DNA from: a virus
Taxonomy: Duplodnaviria > Caudoviricetes
Strand: one strand, 5' to 3'
Length of the DNA: 27,128 nucleotides
IMG/VR virus record: IMGVR_UViG_3300020042_006202
Coordinates: 1 to 27,128 of that record
Below, piece by piece: positions 17,205 to 24,986 of the stretch. The translations under genes and the position numbers were made by a program. How positions within the stretch are numbered: the stretch's first letter is position 1; every line of letters starts with the position of its first letter. Under the pieces are notes generated by a model. It was not told the DNA's origin and made no database searches. It saw only the letters and a list, made by a program, of their open reading frames with translations.

Positions 17205-17573
17205 TCATCGCTCTACCGTCCGCCCATCCATTGTGCGCTTCCATTTGCTTTTGCGGCTTCCCGGCATAGGCGCTTTCTCGGAGCGAATACCGGAATGCTT
17301 GTCCCGTTGGCGAACCGTCTTGGCTGCTTTCGGCGTGTCGTGTTTCGCCGTCTTGAACCGATGGCATGACGGGCAAACGCAAACACAATTATCAATGCTG
17401 CTGTCCCGACTATTGGCCCATAAAATTGCGTGGTCAAACTCCACGCCGTAAGCCAGAGAAGCGCCACAAGTAATTTGAGCAGGTAATCCATAAAGATCGC
17501 CTTTCGCTTCGCACTTGCCACCAGATCGTTCCAAAGCGGCGCGTTTGACGGGTTTGGGAAAGACGCGGCTCAA
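17205..17573 (-). CDS. small HNH endonuclease
   Basis: KCE...C...EFDH...[15 protein letters not shown], basic tail [14 protein letters not shown]. Confidence 0.75.
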   Translation of the reverse strand: MSRVFPKPVKRAALERSGGKCEAKGDLYGLPAQITCGASLAYGVEFDHAILWANSRDSSIDNCVCVCPSCHRFKTAKHDTPKAAKTVRQRDKHSGIRSEKAPMPGSRKSKWKRTMDGRTVER

Positions 17574-18010
17574 AACGGCACCTCGTCGCTCAGGTCGGCA
17601 TCGGGGAAACTCTGCTTCACCGCAGCCTTAAACTCCTGGGCGGGGCGTTCGCTGGTGCCGTCCTTACCGCCAAGCAAGACCAGTTCACCGCGATACTGTT
17701 GCAGCACAATTTCCGTGCTGTACTTTTCAACGCCGTCCTTGTCCGTCCACTTGCGCGTTTGCAACTGGCCTTCGAGATAGACGCTAGAGCCTTTCTTCAA
17801 GTAGGCTTCCGCGACCTTGGCCAGCCCTTCGTTGAAGATGACCACGCGGTGCCATTCCGTCTTTTCCTTGCGTTCTCCAGACGCCTTGTCCCGCCAGGAT
17901 TCGGACGTTGCAATCGACAGGTTCACGATTGCCTTGCCGTCCTGTGTGTGGCGAACCTCCGGGTCTTTCCCGACGTTCCCAAGCAAGGTGACTTTGTTTA
18001 CAGATGCCAT
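17570..18010 (-). CDS. ssb: single-stranded DNA-binding protein
   Basis: [20 protein letters not shown]...TEWHRVV...EGQLQTRKW; acidic tail DLSDEVPF. Confidence 0.95.
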   Translation of the reverse strand: MASVNKVTLLGNVGKDPEVRHTQDGKAIVNLSIATSESWRDKASGERKEKTEWHRVVIFNEGLAKVAEAYLKKGSSVYLEGQLQTRKWTDKDGVEKYSTEIVLQQYRGELVLLGGKDGTSERPAQEFKAAVKQSFPDADLSDEVPF

Positions 18011-18339
18011 TACTTTGCCATAGCCCTTTCTGACGCTCTCAGCGTCCTCCATACGTCCAGTTTTGCCCCCGCCGCATCCCGTAGGCCGCGAAGGGTCTCC
18101 AGTTCACCCGCCGCCACAGCGTCCGCCGTGATGGCGTCAAGCATCGCCTCGCTGGTCATGGCGTCAGCTTCCTTTGCTGCCACGGATGACGCATCGCTGC
18201 GCTTTGTCTCAATCGCCTTCACGCGCTTGACCATGTGTTCCGCCAGGACCGCCTTGCGCCTTGCTTCACCGATGGCCTTGGCATTCGTGATGAGCCATTG
18301 CAGGGCTTTCTCTGCCTCCTCGTCTGGAACGAAGGTCAT
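18010..18339 (-). CDS. helical protein, possible recombination mediator
   Basis: Ala/Glu/Lys coiled coil ending WRTLRASER; sits between the annealase and ssb. Confidence 0.45.
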   Translation of the reverse strand: MTFVPDEEAEKALQWLITNAKAIGEARRKAVLAEHMVKRVKAIETKRSDASSVAAKEADAMTSEAMLDAITADAVAAGELETLRGLRDAAGAKLDVWRTLRASERAMAK

Positions 18340-18515
18340 TCACGGCCCTCCGCTTTGGGTTTAGCGTGCAACGGGCAATCGCCGGAAATCCAGAACACCG
18401 GCTTTCCGTCTTGGATGTACGCTCCGCGTCCATAGCTGTTATCCATGCGGGCGCATGTGCAGCCCTTGGCCACGGCGGCATCGCTTCCTGGGGTTGGAAC
18501 GGCATTCGTGGTCAT
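18336..18515 (-). CDS. 59-aa Cys/His protein (not in the ORF track)
   Basis: Hand translation MTTNAVPTPGSDAAVAKGCTCARMDNSYGRG...FWISGDCPLH...; ATGA overlaps at both ends. Confidence 0.7.
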   Translation of the reverse strand: MTTNAVPTPGSDAAVAKGCTCARMDNSYGRGAYIQDGKPVFWISGDCPLHAKPKAEGRE

Positions 18516-19189
18516 TCTGCGGCCTCTTGCGGCGTGTTGGCTTCGATGTATTGCAAGTGTTTCTCAATCTCCTTGTCCATGTAGCCTTTCCAATCGCCTA
18601 GCTTGGCAATCTCAAGGGCGTTGTCCTTTTCCCACTGCGAGACTTCGCGGAGGCTGGCCAGCGTCACCAGTTCTTTTTGCAGTTCCTTGTACAGGGCGCG
18701 GGCCTCCTCACGCTTGAGGAGTTGCGGGCCTGTTGCGGGCTGGTGGTCGTCCTCATGGGGCGTCACCTTCGCAGCGGGCTTTTCATCAACGTACTTGTTG
18801 CCGTCCCACAAATTGAAATAGATATCGGCATTCGCGCCAAGGTGCTTCAGCGCGTTGCCCAAGGCATCGGTGTATGCTTTCTTGAATGCCTCATCGTCAC
18901 CGCGCCCGGTCAGCGCCTCACCGCCAACGCCCCACACAAAACCGCTGCGGGTTCCGTCTTTCAGTGTGTGCCAAACGCCGACTGTGCAATAGACGTTGCT
19001 GCCCTCAAGGCGAAAGGTTGGCTCTGACATGCCCCAGCCAGTGCCACACGCCCCAAACGTCTCGGTGACGCTGTGCAGCGTGTACATCGGGTTGATGGCG
19101 GTGCCTTTGAACCCGCCGGATCGCTGGAATGCTTTCAGCGCCTTTGGATTGGGGCGAGACAGCTTGTCCCATATTTCAGTGTTGCTCAC
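18512..19189 (-). CDS. Rad52/Sak-like ssDNA annealing protein
   Basis: GTG after GGAG; TAINPMY...TETFGACGTGWG...DDEAFKKAYTDALGNALKHLG..ADIY. Confidence 0.7.
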   Translation of the reverse strand: MSNTEIWDKLSRPNPKALKAFQRSGGFKGTAINPMYTLHSVTETFGACGTGWGMSEPTFRLEGSNVYCTVGVWHTLKDGTRSGFVWGVGGEALTGRGDDEAFKKAYTDALGNALKHLGANADIYFNLWDGNKYVDEKPAAKVTPHEDDHQPATGPQLLKREEARALYKELQKELVTLASLREVSQWEKDNALEIAKLGDWKGYMDKEIEKHLQYIEANTPQEAAE

Positions 19190-19349
19190 GGCGGCGCTCC
19201 TTCTCAATGTCCAGACGACAGACGGCCTCGAATGCCTCGTCGTCGCTGGCGGTTGGATGTTCAACCCGGTATTCTTCCATCAGGTCGAACAGGCTTTCAT
19301 AATCACGGCGCTCCATTTCGAGCGGGTCAATCTGCAAGATGGAAATCAT
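19176..19349 (-). CDS. small acidic hypothetical protein
   Basis: ATG 19349 overlaps the upstream stop. Confidence 0.45.
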   Translation of the reverse strand: MISILQIDPLEMERRDYESLFDLMEEYRVEHPTASDDEAFEAVCRLDIEKERRREQH

Positions 19350-19447
19350 TGCGGAATAGGCCATGTCCAAGCTCCCAGGCTGATAATTGCGAAACCATAA
19401 GCAAATGCAGCAGCGCCGTAGAACGTCCATGTGATGAGGCGGTCCAT
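19346..19447 (-). CDS. 33-aa hydrophobic peptide (not in the ORF track)
   Basis: MDRLITWTFYGAAAFAYGFAIISLGAWTWPIPQ; exactly fills the gap. Confidence 0.5.
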   Translation of the reverse strand: MDRLITWTFYGAAAFAYGFAIISLGAWTWPIPQ

Positions 19448-19448
19448 C

Positions 19449-19784
19449 TCAGCGATCCATCGCCATATCGCGGAGATAGTCTCCACGGTCGCTTTCCATG
19501 TCGGCCAGAAGCTCGCGGACTTGGCTGTCTATCCGGTCACGGTTCAGGTGTTCGTCGAAAACTTCGGACAACTTTTCAGGAACGACGATGCACACGTTCT
19601 TGGTGCCAACGCTCTTGCCGTCCTTGTCCCAAATCTGCTGTTCGCCTTCGACGCGGTACTCATCCACCCACCACTCAAGTTCACCGTGGCGGCGGTCGAT
19701 CTTGTAATCAATGACGGCGACAACATCGGTTTCGATGATGCAGACGCCGTTGAGCATGACGCTGATTGTGGTGGGGATTTTCAT
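19449..19784 (-). CDS. hypothetical protein
   Basis: GAGG RBS, ATGA coupling, acidic composition. Confidence 0.6.
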   Translation of the reverse strand: MKIPTTISVMLNGVCIIETDVVAVIDYKIDRRHGELEWWVDEYRVEGEQQIWDKDGKSVGTKNVCIVVPEKLSEVFDEHLNRDRIDSQVRELLADMESDRGDYLRDMAMDR

Positions 19785-20017
19785 TGCGCCACCTCTTTGA
19801 TAAGGCGGGAAACCAATTTCTTTGGCAAGTTAACGGAAAACTCAAATTCATCTTCTGGGCCTTCGGAGCGCAGCAGCGTTCCGTATGTTTCGCCCGTGAT
19901 GACGTTGGTTGAAAGTCGCCACTCGCGGCATAAAGATTTGGCCGATGTGTCGCTAAACAGCGTGTCAATCCATTCGCCGTTGTCGTTTTCGCATTGGAAG
20001 ATGAATGTTTGTGTCAT
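19781..20017 (-). CDS. hypothetical protein, first gene of the leftward operon
   Basis: AGGGAG RBS before ATG 20017. Confidence 0.6.
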   Translation of the reverse strand: MTQTFIFQCENDNGEWIDTLFSDTSAKSLCREWRLSTNVITGETYGTLLRSEGPEDEFEFSVNLPKKLVSRLIKEVAQ

Positions 20018-20043
20018 TTGGGTTCTCCCTTGGTGTTGGGATA

Positions 20044-20072
20044 TGACTAGCATGGGGCGCATATCATGTCAA
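20044..20072 (-). promoter_or_regulatory. leftward sigma70-type promoter
   Basis: TTGACA-17 nt-TAGTCA on the minus strand, upstream of the RBS of 20017. Confidence 0.7.
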
Positions 20073-20118
20073 CCCCTTATTCACATGCACCCGCAATAAA
20101 TCTTTGGGCAACACCCCG

Positions 20119-20147
20119 TTGACACCCGCGACAGGACGTGCTAGCGT
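20119..20147 (+). promoter_or_regulatory. rightward sigma70-type promoter, probably giving a leaderless cro mRNA
   Basis: TTGACA-17 nt-TAGCGT, then 7 nt to ATG 20155; no SD. Confidence 0.7.
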
Positions 20148-20154
20148 GTACGTT

Positions 20155-20361
20155 ATGGCATCCATTGACCACATACCCGCACTGGCCGAAGCCGCATTGC
20201 GCGTCGGGGGAGTTGCAAAACTTGCTGAAATGCTTGGAGTTTCCCGACAAGCCGTCTACAAGTGGACTCGCGTGCCCGCAGAGCGTGCGCCGCAAATTGA
20301 GCGCCTTACGGGTGTTTCCCGCGCCGAACTTCGTCCAGACTTGTACGAGGTTGAAAAATGA
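20155..20361 (+). CDS. Cro-like (YdaS family) HTH regulator
   Basis: GGVAKLAEMLGVSRQAVYKW..VPAER...IERLTGVSRAELRPDLY. Confidence 0.85.
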   Translation: MASIDHIPALAEAALRVGGVAKLAEMLGVSRQAVYKWTRVPAERAPQIERLTGVSRAELRPDLYEVEK

Positions 20362-20576
20362 GTTCCCCCGCCCCCGAAGCATCCCCTTGCTCGGAAAGCC
20401 GTCCTCCCCGGCTAGGCGGTAACTTGGCCCCGCCATCCGCTAGTTCCCGGCGGGGCCATTTCTTATTCACAACGGCGTTCAGCGACTACCGTTCCCGCAT
20501 ATCGCAAATAATGTTCCGCGCCCGCTGCTGGCTGCTGATTAGGCAGATCGCATTCCAACTGTGGTGGCGGCGATGA
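20358..20576 (+). CDS. hypothetical protein (doubtful; spans a terminator-like hairpin)
   Basis: ATGA overlaps at both ends, but the sequence is low-complexity. Confidence 0.3.
   Translation: MSSPAPEASPCSESRPPRLGGNLAPPSASSRRGHFLFTTAFSDYRSRISQIMFRARCWLLIRQIAFQLWWRR
20425..20465 (+). terminator. tR1-position intrinsic terminator candidate
   Basis: Perfect 10-bp stem TGGCCCCGCC/GGCGGGGCCA with a 14-nt loop, followed by TTTTCTT. Confidence 0.55.
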
Positions 20577-21547
20577 AAACACGCCTGACCCTCGCAGCTC
20601 TTCCCCCCAGCGTCAACGCCAAGAAGTTTCGGAGGGTGCCTATTGAACAGGTTGTCGAGGCATACAGCCGAACAAAATCAGTTTGGCGGGCTGGCGCTGA
20701 ATTGGGGATTGCTGGGCAGACTGTAGCCGCAAAGTTGCGGCGGGCGGGCGTCAAATCATTTCAGTCGCCAATGGATGAAGGCGAGTGCGAAGCAATAAAA
20801 GAATATTACATGACAACGCCTGCCGAAGTATTTGATTTGCAGGTTTTGGCGGACAGATTGGGCCGCACCAGACAGCTCATTTGCCGCCGTGCCAAGGAAA
20901 TGGGCCTGACTAATCAGGGTCGGCCCCCCAATTCTGAAGTGTCTCAGCGCATTGGGGCGTCAACCCGCGAAAGGTGGCAGCGAAATGGGCATCCGCGTGG
21001 GTATCTCGGATATTTGCATGGCCCGGAAACGCGGAAAAGGCTTTCTGACGTGTCCCGCCGCCATTGGAGTGGGATGACAGAAGATCAAAGGGCAGAATTG
21101 GTTATGAGGCAACTTCGGGCCAAGGTGGCCAAGTACGGAACCATTGCGCCCGGTGTGCGCCGTGGGACTTGGAAAGCTGGTTGGCGTGAGATTGGCGAAC
21201 ACAGGCGGTTTTTTCGCTCTCGGTGGGAAGCAAATTATGCGCGCTATTTGCAATGGCTTAAAGAGCGTGGCGAAATAGCCGATTGGCAGCACGAAGCCGA
21301 AACATTTTGGTTTGACGCCATTAAACGTGGCGTCCGCAGCTATTTGCCGGACTTTAGGGTTGTCGAGAAGTGCGGCGCGGTTTCGTACCATGAAGTAAAG
21401 GGCTGGTTTGACGCGCGCAGCAAAACAACCTTGCGCCGGATGGCTAAGTATTACCCGAACGTGAGACTCCTGGTGATTGACGGCGATCAATACTCATCCA
21501 TTGCCAAGACGGTTGGCCGGATGATTGAGGGCTGGGAGGGGCTATGA
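20573..21547 (+). CDS. HTH repeats plus C-terminal PD-(D/E)XK (DUF1064-like) endonuclease
   Basis: FRSRWEANYARYL...YLPDF...HEVKG; two HTH-like segments; NUMOD3-like HGPETRKRLS. Confidence 0.7.
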   Translation: MKTRLTLAALPPSVNAKKFRRVPIEQVVEAYSRTKSVWRAGAELGIAGQTVAAKLRRAGVKSFQSPMDEGECEAIKEYYMTTPAEVFDLQVLADRLGRTRQLICRRAKEMGLTNQGRPPNSEVSQRIGASTRERWQRNGHPRGYLGYLHGPETRKRLSDVSRRHWSGMTEDQRAELVMRQLRAKVAKYGTIAPGVRRGTWKAGWREIGEHRRFFRSRWEANYARYLQWLKERGEIADWQHEAETFWFDAIKRGVRSYLPDFRVVEKCGAVSYHEVKGWFDARSKTTLRRMAKYYPNVRLLVIDGDQYSSIAKTVGRMIEGWEGL

Positions 21548-22068
21548 GCCGTTACAAAATGGAATGGACCGCTGCGCAGGTCGAAGAACTCATCACGCTA
21601 TGGCGTCAGGGCCGCACTAGCTATGAACTCGCCGCCCATTTCGGCATCACCCGCAACAGCATCATGGGCAAGCTGCACCGCGAGAAATTGCGCCGTGCCG
21701 AGCAGGGCGAATCCATAGAGCGCCGCGCCCCGGCCAACACAGGAACCCTTTCTAAGCGCCGTTACACAAGGAGAGAGCCTATGCTTACACTCGCTTCAAG
21801 TGCCGGGTCTGTAATGCGTATTGTCGAACCTGCTCCAACGCCCCCGGATGAGGGGCAGCTTGCCAGCATCGTTGACGTGGTGGGCTGCCGCTGGCCTGTG
21901 AAGGACGATCCCGACATGATTGGCGGCGTTGCCTTCTGCAACCACGCCCAGCGGGACAAATCCCCATATTGCGAATACCACGCCCGCGAGAACGTGGCCC
22001 CGTGGTCCGCCGAAGCTATCCGCAAGACGGCTGCAACCATCAACTACATTCTGAAGCGGGTGGCCTAA
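21544..22068 (+). CDS. gcrA: GcrA-family cell-cycle regulator
   Basis: WTAAQVEELITLWRQG.TSYELA..FGITRNSIMGKLHR; CRWPV.D...FC...SPYCEYH. Confidence 0.85.
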   Translation: MSRYKMEWTAAQVEELITLWRQGRTSYELAAHFGITRNSIMGKLHREKLRRAEQGESIERRAPANTGTLSKRRYTRREPMLTLASSAGSVMRIVEPAPTPPDEGQLASIVDVVGCRWPVKDDPDMIGGVAFCNHAQRDKSPYCEYHARENVAPWSAEAIRKTAATINYILKRVA

Positions 22069-22328
22069 TGATTGAAGTTGTAATTTACCAATTCAAAAGC
22101 GGTTTTATGAATGCAATGGAAGGCCATTGCGCCTTTATATTGCGCCTTGGCACCAACAAGAAGACAGGCGAGACGGTTCGCGAACGGTTGCCGATGGTGT
22201 TTTTTGCCGCAACCGACGCAGAAGCCGCGAGGAAGGCTAGAGATTGGTGGGAATCTGAGACGGAAAGGGCTGCTGCGAAGATTGAACGCGGGCGCGCCCT
22301 TGGCAGAAAGCAGTGGAGGGCTGCCTAA
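22068..22328 (+). CDS. hypothetical protein
   Basis: TAATG coupling at both ends. Confidence 0.55.
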   Translation: MIEVVIYQFKSGFMNAMEGHCAFILRLGTNKKTGETVRERLPMVFFAATDAEAARKARDWWESETERAAAKIERGRALGRKQWRAA

Positions 22329-22873
22329 TGAACGCGGCAGAGGCAGAGGCATACATAAAGAGCCAGTTGGACGGCCATTTCTTCACGCTTGTTTTCTCGC
22401 GTGAGGGCGTTTCCGAACCCAAGGTCATGCTCACCGAGGTGGCCCCCGATTTTGTGCCGGAATACGACAAGATGGGCGACGAGACAGAATTGGCGCAAGA
22501 GCGTGCGCAACTGGCAGCGGCGAAAAAGCACCGCCCCTGGACGGATGAGGAAGTCAAGAAACTCATCACGATGAGGCAAGCCGGAACCCGGTGGGATTTC
22601 ATCGCCCGCGAGATCAAGCGTTGCAACCGCTACATCAAGGAACGATACGCGCAGCTAGAGGCCGAATTAGGTCTTCCCCCGGTGGCCACCAAAGCCGGAA
22701 AGTTCAGCGCCCTTACGGAAGCGCAGAAGGAAGAAATTGTGCGCCGTCGCTTAGCCGGGGAATCCTTCGGCCAGATTGAGCGTGGCATGGGTATTCGGGA
22801 CTACATGGCCCGCGATTACTATCACCGCCACGTCAAGGCTCAGAAAGAGCGGCGGGAAAGGATGGCAACATGA
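22328..22873 (+). CDS. Myb/GcrA-like HTH protein with a second HTH
   Basis: PWTDEEVKKLITMRQAGTRWDFIAREIKR and LTEAQKEEIVRRRLAGESFGQIERGMGI. Confidence 0.6.
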   Translation: MNAAEAEAYIKSQLDGHFFTLVFSREGVSEPKVMLTEVAPDFVPEYDKMGDETELAQERAQLAAAKKHRPWTDEEVKKLITMRQAGTRWDFIAREIKRCNRYIKERYAQLEAELGLPPVATKAGKFSALTEAQKEEIVRRRLAGESFGQIERGMGIRDYMARDYYHRHVKAQKERRERMAT

Positions 22874-22992
22874 ATACGATCGTCTTTGTCGGACTGCTTA
22901 TGCTTGCGGAATTGTTCGTGGTGTGGATTGCCTACAGCGTTGGGCAAGCCGCTGGCTGGATCCAGGGCTGGGAAGAACGGAGGCCGGAATAG
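22870..22992 (+). CDS. 40-aa membrane peptide (not in the ORF track)
   Basis: MNTIVFVGLLMLAELFVVWIAYSVGQAAGWIQGWEERRPE; coupled at both ends. Confidence 0.5.
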   Translation: MNTIVFVGLLMLAELFVVWIAYSVGQAAGWIQGWEERRPE

Positions 22993-23777
22993 TGTCGCGC
23001 TGGTTCCGCATGTACTCAGACGCGCTGGACGATCCCAAGGTGCAGCGCCTTCCCGGAGACTTGTTCAAGGCATGGGTAAACCTCCTGTGCCTTGCCAACC
23101 GCAACGACGGAGTGCTGCCGCCCATTGAAGATATCGCCTTTTCGCTCCGCATGTCACAAGATGTCACAGTGACAGTCACAACGGAGCTTGTGGCGAGGGG
23201 TCTTCTGGACGACCACGACGGCCTTGCGCCACACAATTGGGCCGAACGCCAATTCAAGAGCGATACACCTGAAAGCGCTGCAGAACGGAAAAGAGCGCAA
23301 CGGGCGCGGGAAAAAACACAGGAAAAGCCCCTAAATGTCACGCCGGATGTCACGGAATGTCACAGTGACAGTCACAGCGAAGTCACGCCACCAGAGCAGA
23401 GCAGAGCAGAACAGATACAGAGCAGAGCAGAGCAGACCGCGCGCGCCGCTGATCCAAAGCATTGGGAGCAAGCACAAGACTTCCTCAAGAGCCGACTGGA
23501 AGACCTGACCGATTGGGAGGTTGACTTTCTCAAAGCGGTACAACGGAAACCAACCCTTTCACAATCCCAACAAGACAGCCTTAAGGGCATTCAGGACAAG
23601 CTGAAGTCCACGGGCAATGGCGGCTATGCCTTGCCGTCCGTCAAGCGCGGGACCCCAGCCTATGACGCCTGGATTGCCCACTACCGCGTCAAGGCAAACG
23701 GCAAATCCACGTTCTACGAAAAACTGGACGTTCTCACCGTGCCTTCAGAGTACCCGCCACAGGAGAAGGCCGCTTGA
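22992..23777 (+). CDS. replication initiator / replisome organizer
   Basis: GTG after GGAGG; SRWFRMYSDALDDPKVQRL...WVNLLCLA...HNWAERQ...SAAERKRAQR; internal iterons. Confidence 0.8.
   Translation: MSRWFRMYSDALDDPKVQRLPGDLFKAWVNLLCLANRNDGVLPPIEDIAFSLRMSQDVTVTVTTELVARGLLDDHDGLAPHNWAERQFKSDTPESAAERKRAQRAREKTQEKPLNVTPDVTECHSDSHSEVTPPEQSRAEQIQSRAEQTARAADPKHWEQAQDFLKSRLEDLTDWEVDFLKAVQRKPTLSQSQQDSLKGIQDKLKSTGNGGYALPSVKRGTPAYDAWIAHYRVKANGKSTFYEKLDVLTVPSEYPPQEKAA
23151..23436. repeat. iteron-like origin of replication
   Basis: Exact 20-mer atgtcacagtgacagtcaca at 23161 and 23357, further GTCAC copies, and a CAGAG tandem tract at 23392-23436. Confidence 0.75.
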
Positions 23778-24235
23778 CGCACTGGTTAATCATCAGAACA
23801 GACCACGCCAAAGAAGCCTATGTGGCCAGACAGATTATGTTTCGAGGCTGGGATGCATGGGTTCCGGCCCAGATCATTGTCAGCCGCAACTGCATATCCC
23901 GCGCAGTGACGGCCAAGGCGCTTCAGAAGACCAAGGAACTTCCCATACTGCCGCGCCGGATCTTCGCCGCCGTGCCTATGTGGGCGGTCTATCAGGCCGA
24001 ACTCGACGGGCTGCGGCACATGGTGGGCTTTGAACAAAACGCGGATCAGTCGTTGGTCCAAATCAACGATGCGGAGATTAGCCGATTCCGCGCCGCAATA
24101 GATGCGGAGAATATGGCTGCGCTGGCTTTGGCCAATCGTGCAAGCAAACGGCAGAAACAACGCTGGCGTTCATTGCATGATGCGCTTGTGGAAATGATTG
24201 ACGGAGCGAAAAACCAGATGGAGCAGGCGGCTTGA
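23774..24235 (+). CDS. NusG-family (NGN domain) antiterminator, Q position
   Basis: HWLIIRT...KE..VA..I..RG.DAWVP...PILPRRIF...INDAEI. Confidence 0.7.
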   Translation: MTHWLIIRTDHAKEAYVARQIMFRGWDAWVPAQIIVSRNCISRAVTAKALQKTKELPILPRRIFAAVPMWAVYQAELDGLRHMVGFEQNADQSLVQINDAEISRFRAAIDAENMAALALANRASKRQKQRWRSLHDALVEMIDGAKNQMEQAA

Positions 24236-24873
24236 GCCGTGTTGAACACATAGGCGATGCAACGCTTTATCTCGGAGACTGCCGGGAGGTACTGCCCACG
24301 CTGGGCAAGGTTGACGCGGTTGTGACTGACCCGCCTTATGGGATTGGGGCTAGAATGGGCGGCGGCACTTGGTCGTATAAAGAAGAAATGTCCGCATGGG
24401 ACGGTGAAGCAAAACAAGATTGGGTTGACGCAATTCTGAGCAAGGCGGTTCCGTGCATCATTTGGGGCGGAAATTATTATTCGGTACCTCCTTCGAGGGG
24501 GTGGCTTATTTGGAGGAAGCCCTTTTTCCCAAGCATGGCTGATGCTGAAATGGCGTTCACTAACATTGACATGAATACAAAGGTTTTCGACTTCAACAGG
24601 ACTGACGGGGCAAAGGAACACCCAACGCAGAAACCGCTTGAGGTTATTAAGTGGTGTTTAGGGTTCGTCCCGAAAGCGCAATCCATCCTAGACCCCTTCA
24701 TGGGCAGCGGCACAACCGGAGTTGCCTGCGCCAAGCTAGGCCGCAAGTTCATTGGCATAGAGATTGAGCCTAAATACTTTGACATCGCTTGCCGCCGCAT
24801 AGAGGCCGCATACAAGCAGCCCGACTTGTTCATCAGCAAGCCAGAACCGCCAAAACAAGAGGCGCTGTTGTGA
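24232..24873 (+). CDS. N6-A/N4-C DNA methyltransferase (beta class)
   Basis: LYLGDC, VVTDPPYG, HPTQKP, ILDPFMGSGTTG. Confidence 0.92.
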   Translation: MSRVEHIGDATLYLGDCREVLPTLGKVDAVVTDPPYGIGARMGGGTWSYKEEMSAWDGEAKQDWVDAILSKAVPCIIWGGNYYSVPPSRGWLIWRKPFFPSMADAEMAFTNIDMNTKVFDFNRTDGAKEHPTQKPLEVIKWCLGFVPKAQSILDPFMGSGTTGVACAKLGRKFIGIEIEPKYFDIACRRIEAAYKQPDLFISKPEPPKQEALL

Positions 24874-24953
24874 CCGACCACATGCTGCTGTTCATCGTCC
24901 TGGTGCCGTGCATGATGGCGCTAATCGTTTGGCTATTCGCCATAATTCTGTAA
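24870..24953 (+). CDS. 27-aa hydrophobic peptide
   Basis: GTGA-coupled; MTDHMLLFIVLVPCMMALIVWLFAIIL. Confidence 0.4.
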   Translation: MTDHMLLFIVLVPCMMALIVWLFAIIL

Positions 24954-24986
24954 CAATCTTAGTGCCATATACCGCAGCAATTCTTA

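Noticed and set aside
19073-20099. Long plus-strand ORFs here and similar antisense ORFs elsewhere
   Set aside because: Shadow frames of GC-rich genes on the other strand, without RBS or motifs.
22776-22991. N-terminal extension of the replication protein in the ORF track
   Set aside because: It overlaps two better-supported genes; the family-like sequence begins at GTG 22992.
23151-23436. CRISPR array
   Set aside because: Short irregular repeats inside a coding gene, without unique spacers or cas genes; they fit iterons better.
24232-24873. ccrM or a restriction-modification pair
   Set aside because: Too short for CcrM, lacks its DPPYNLQ context, and has no adjacent restriction gene.
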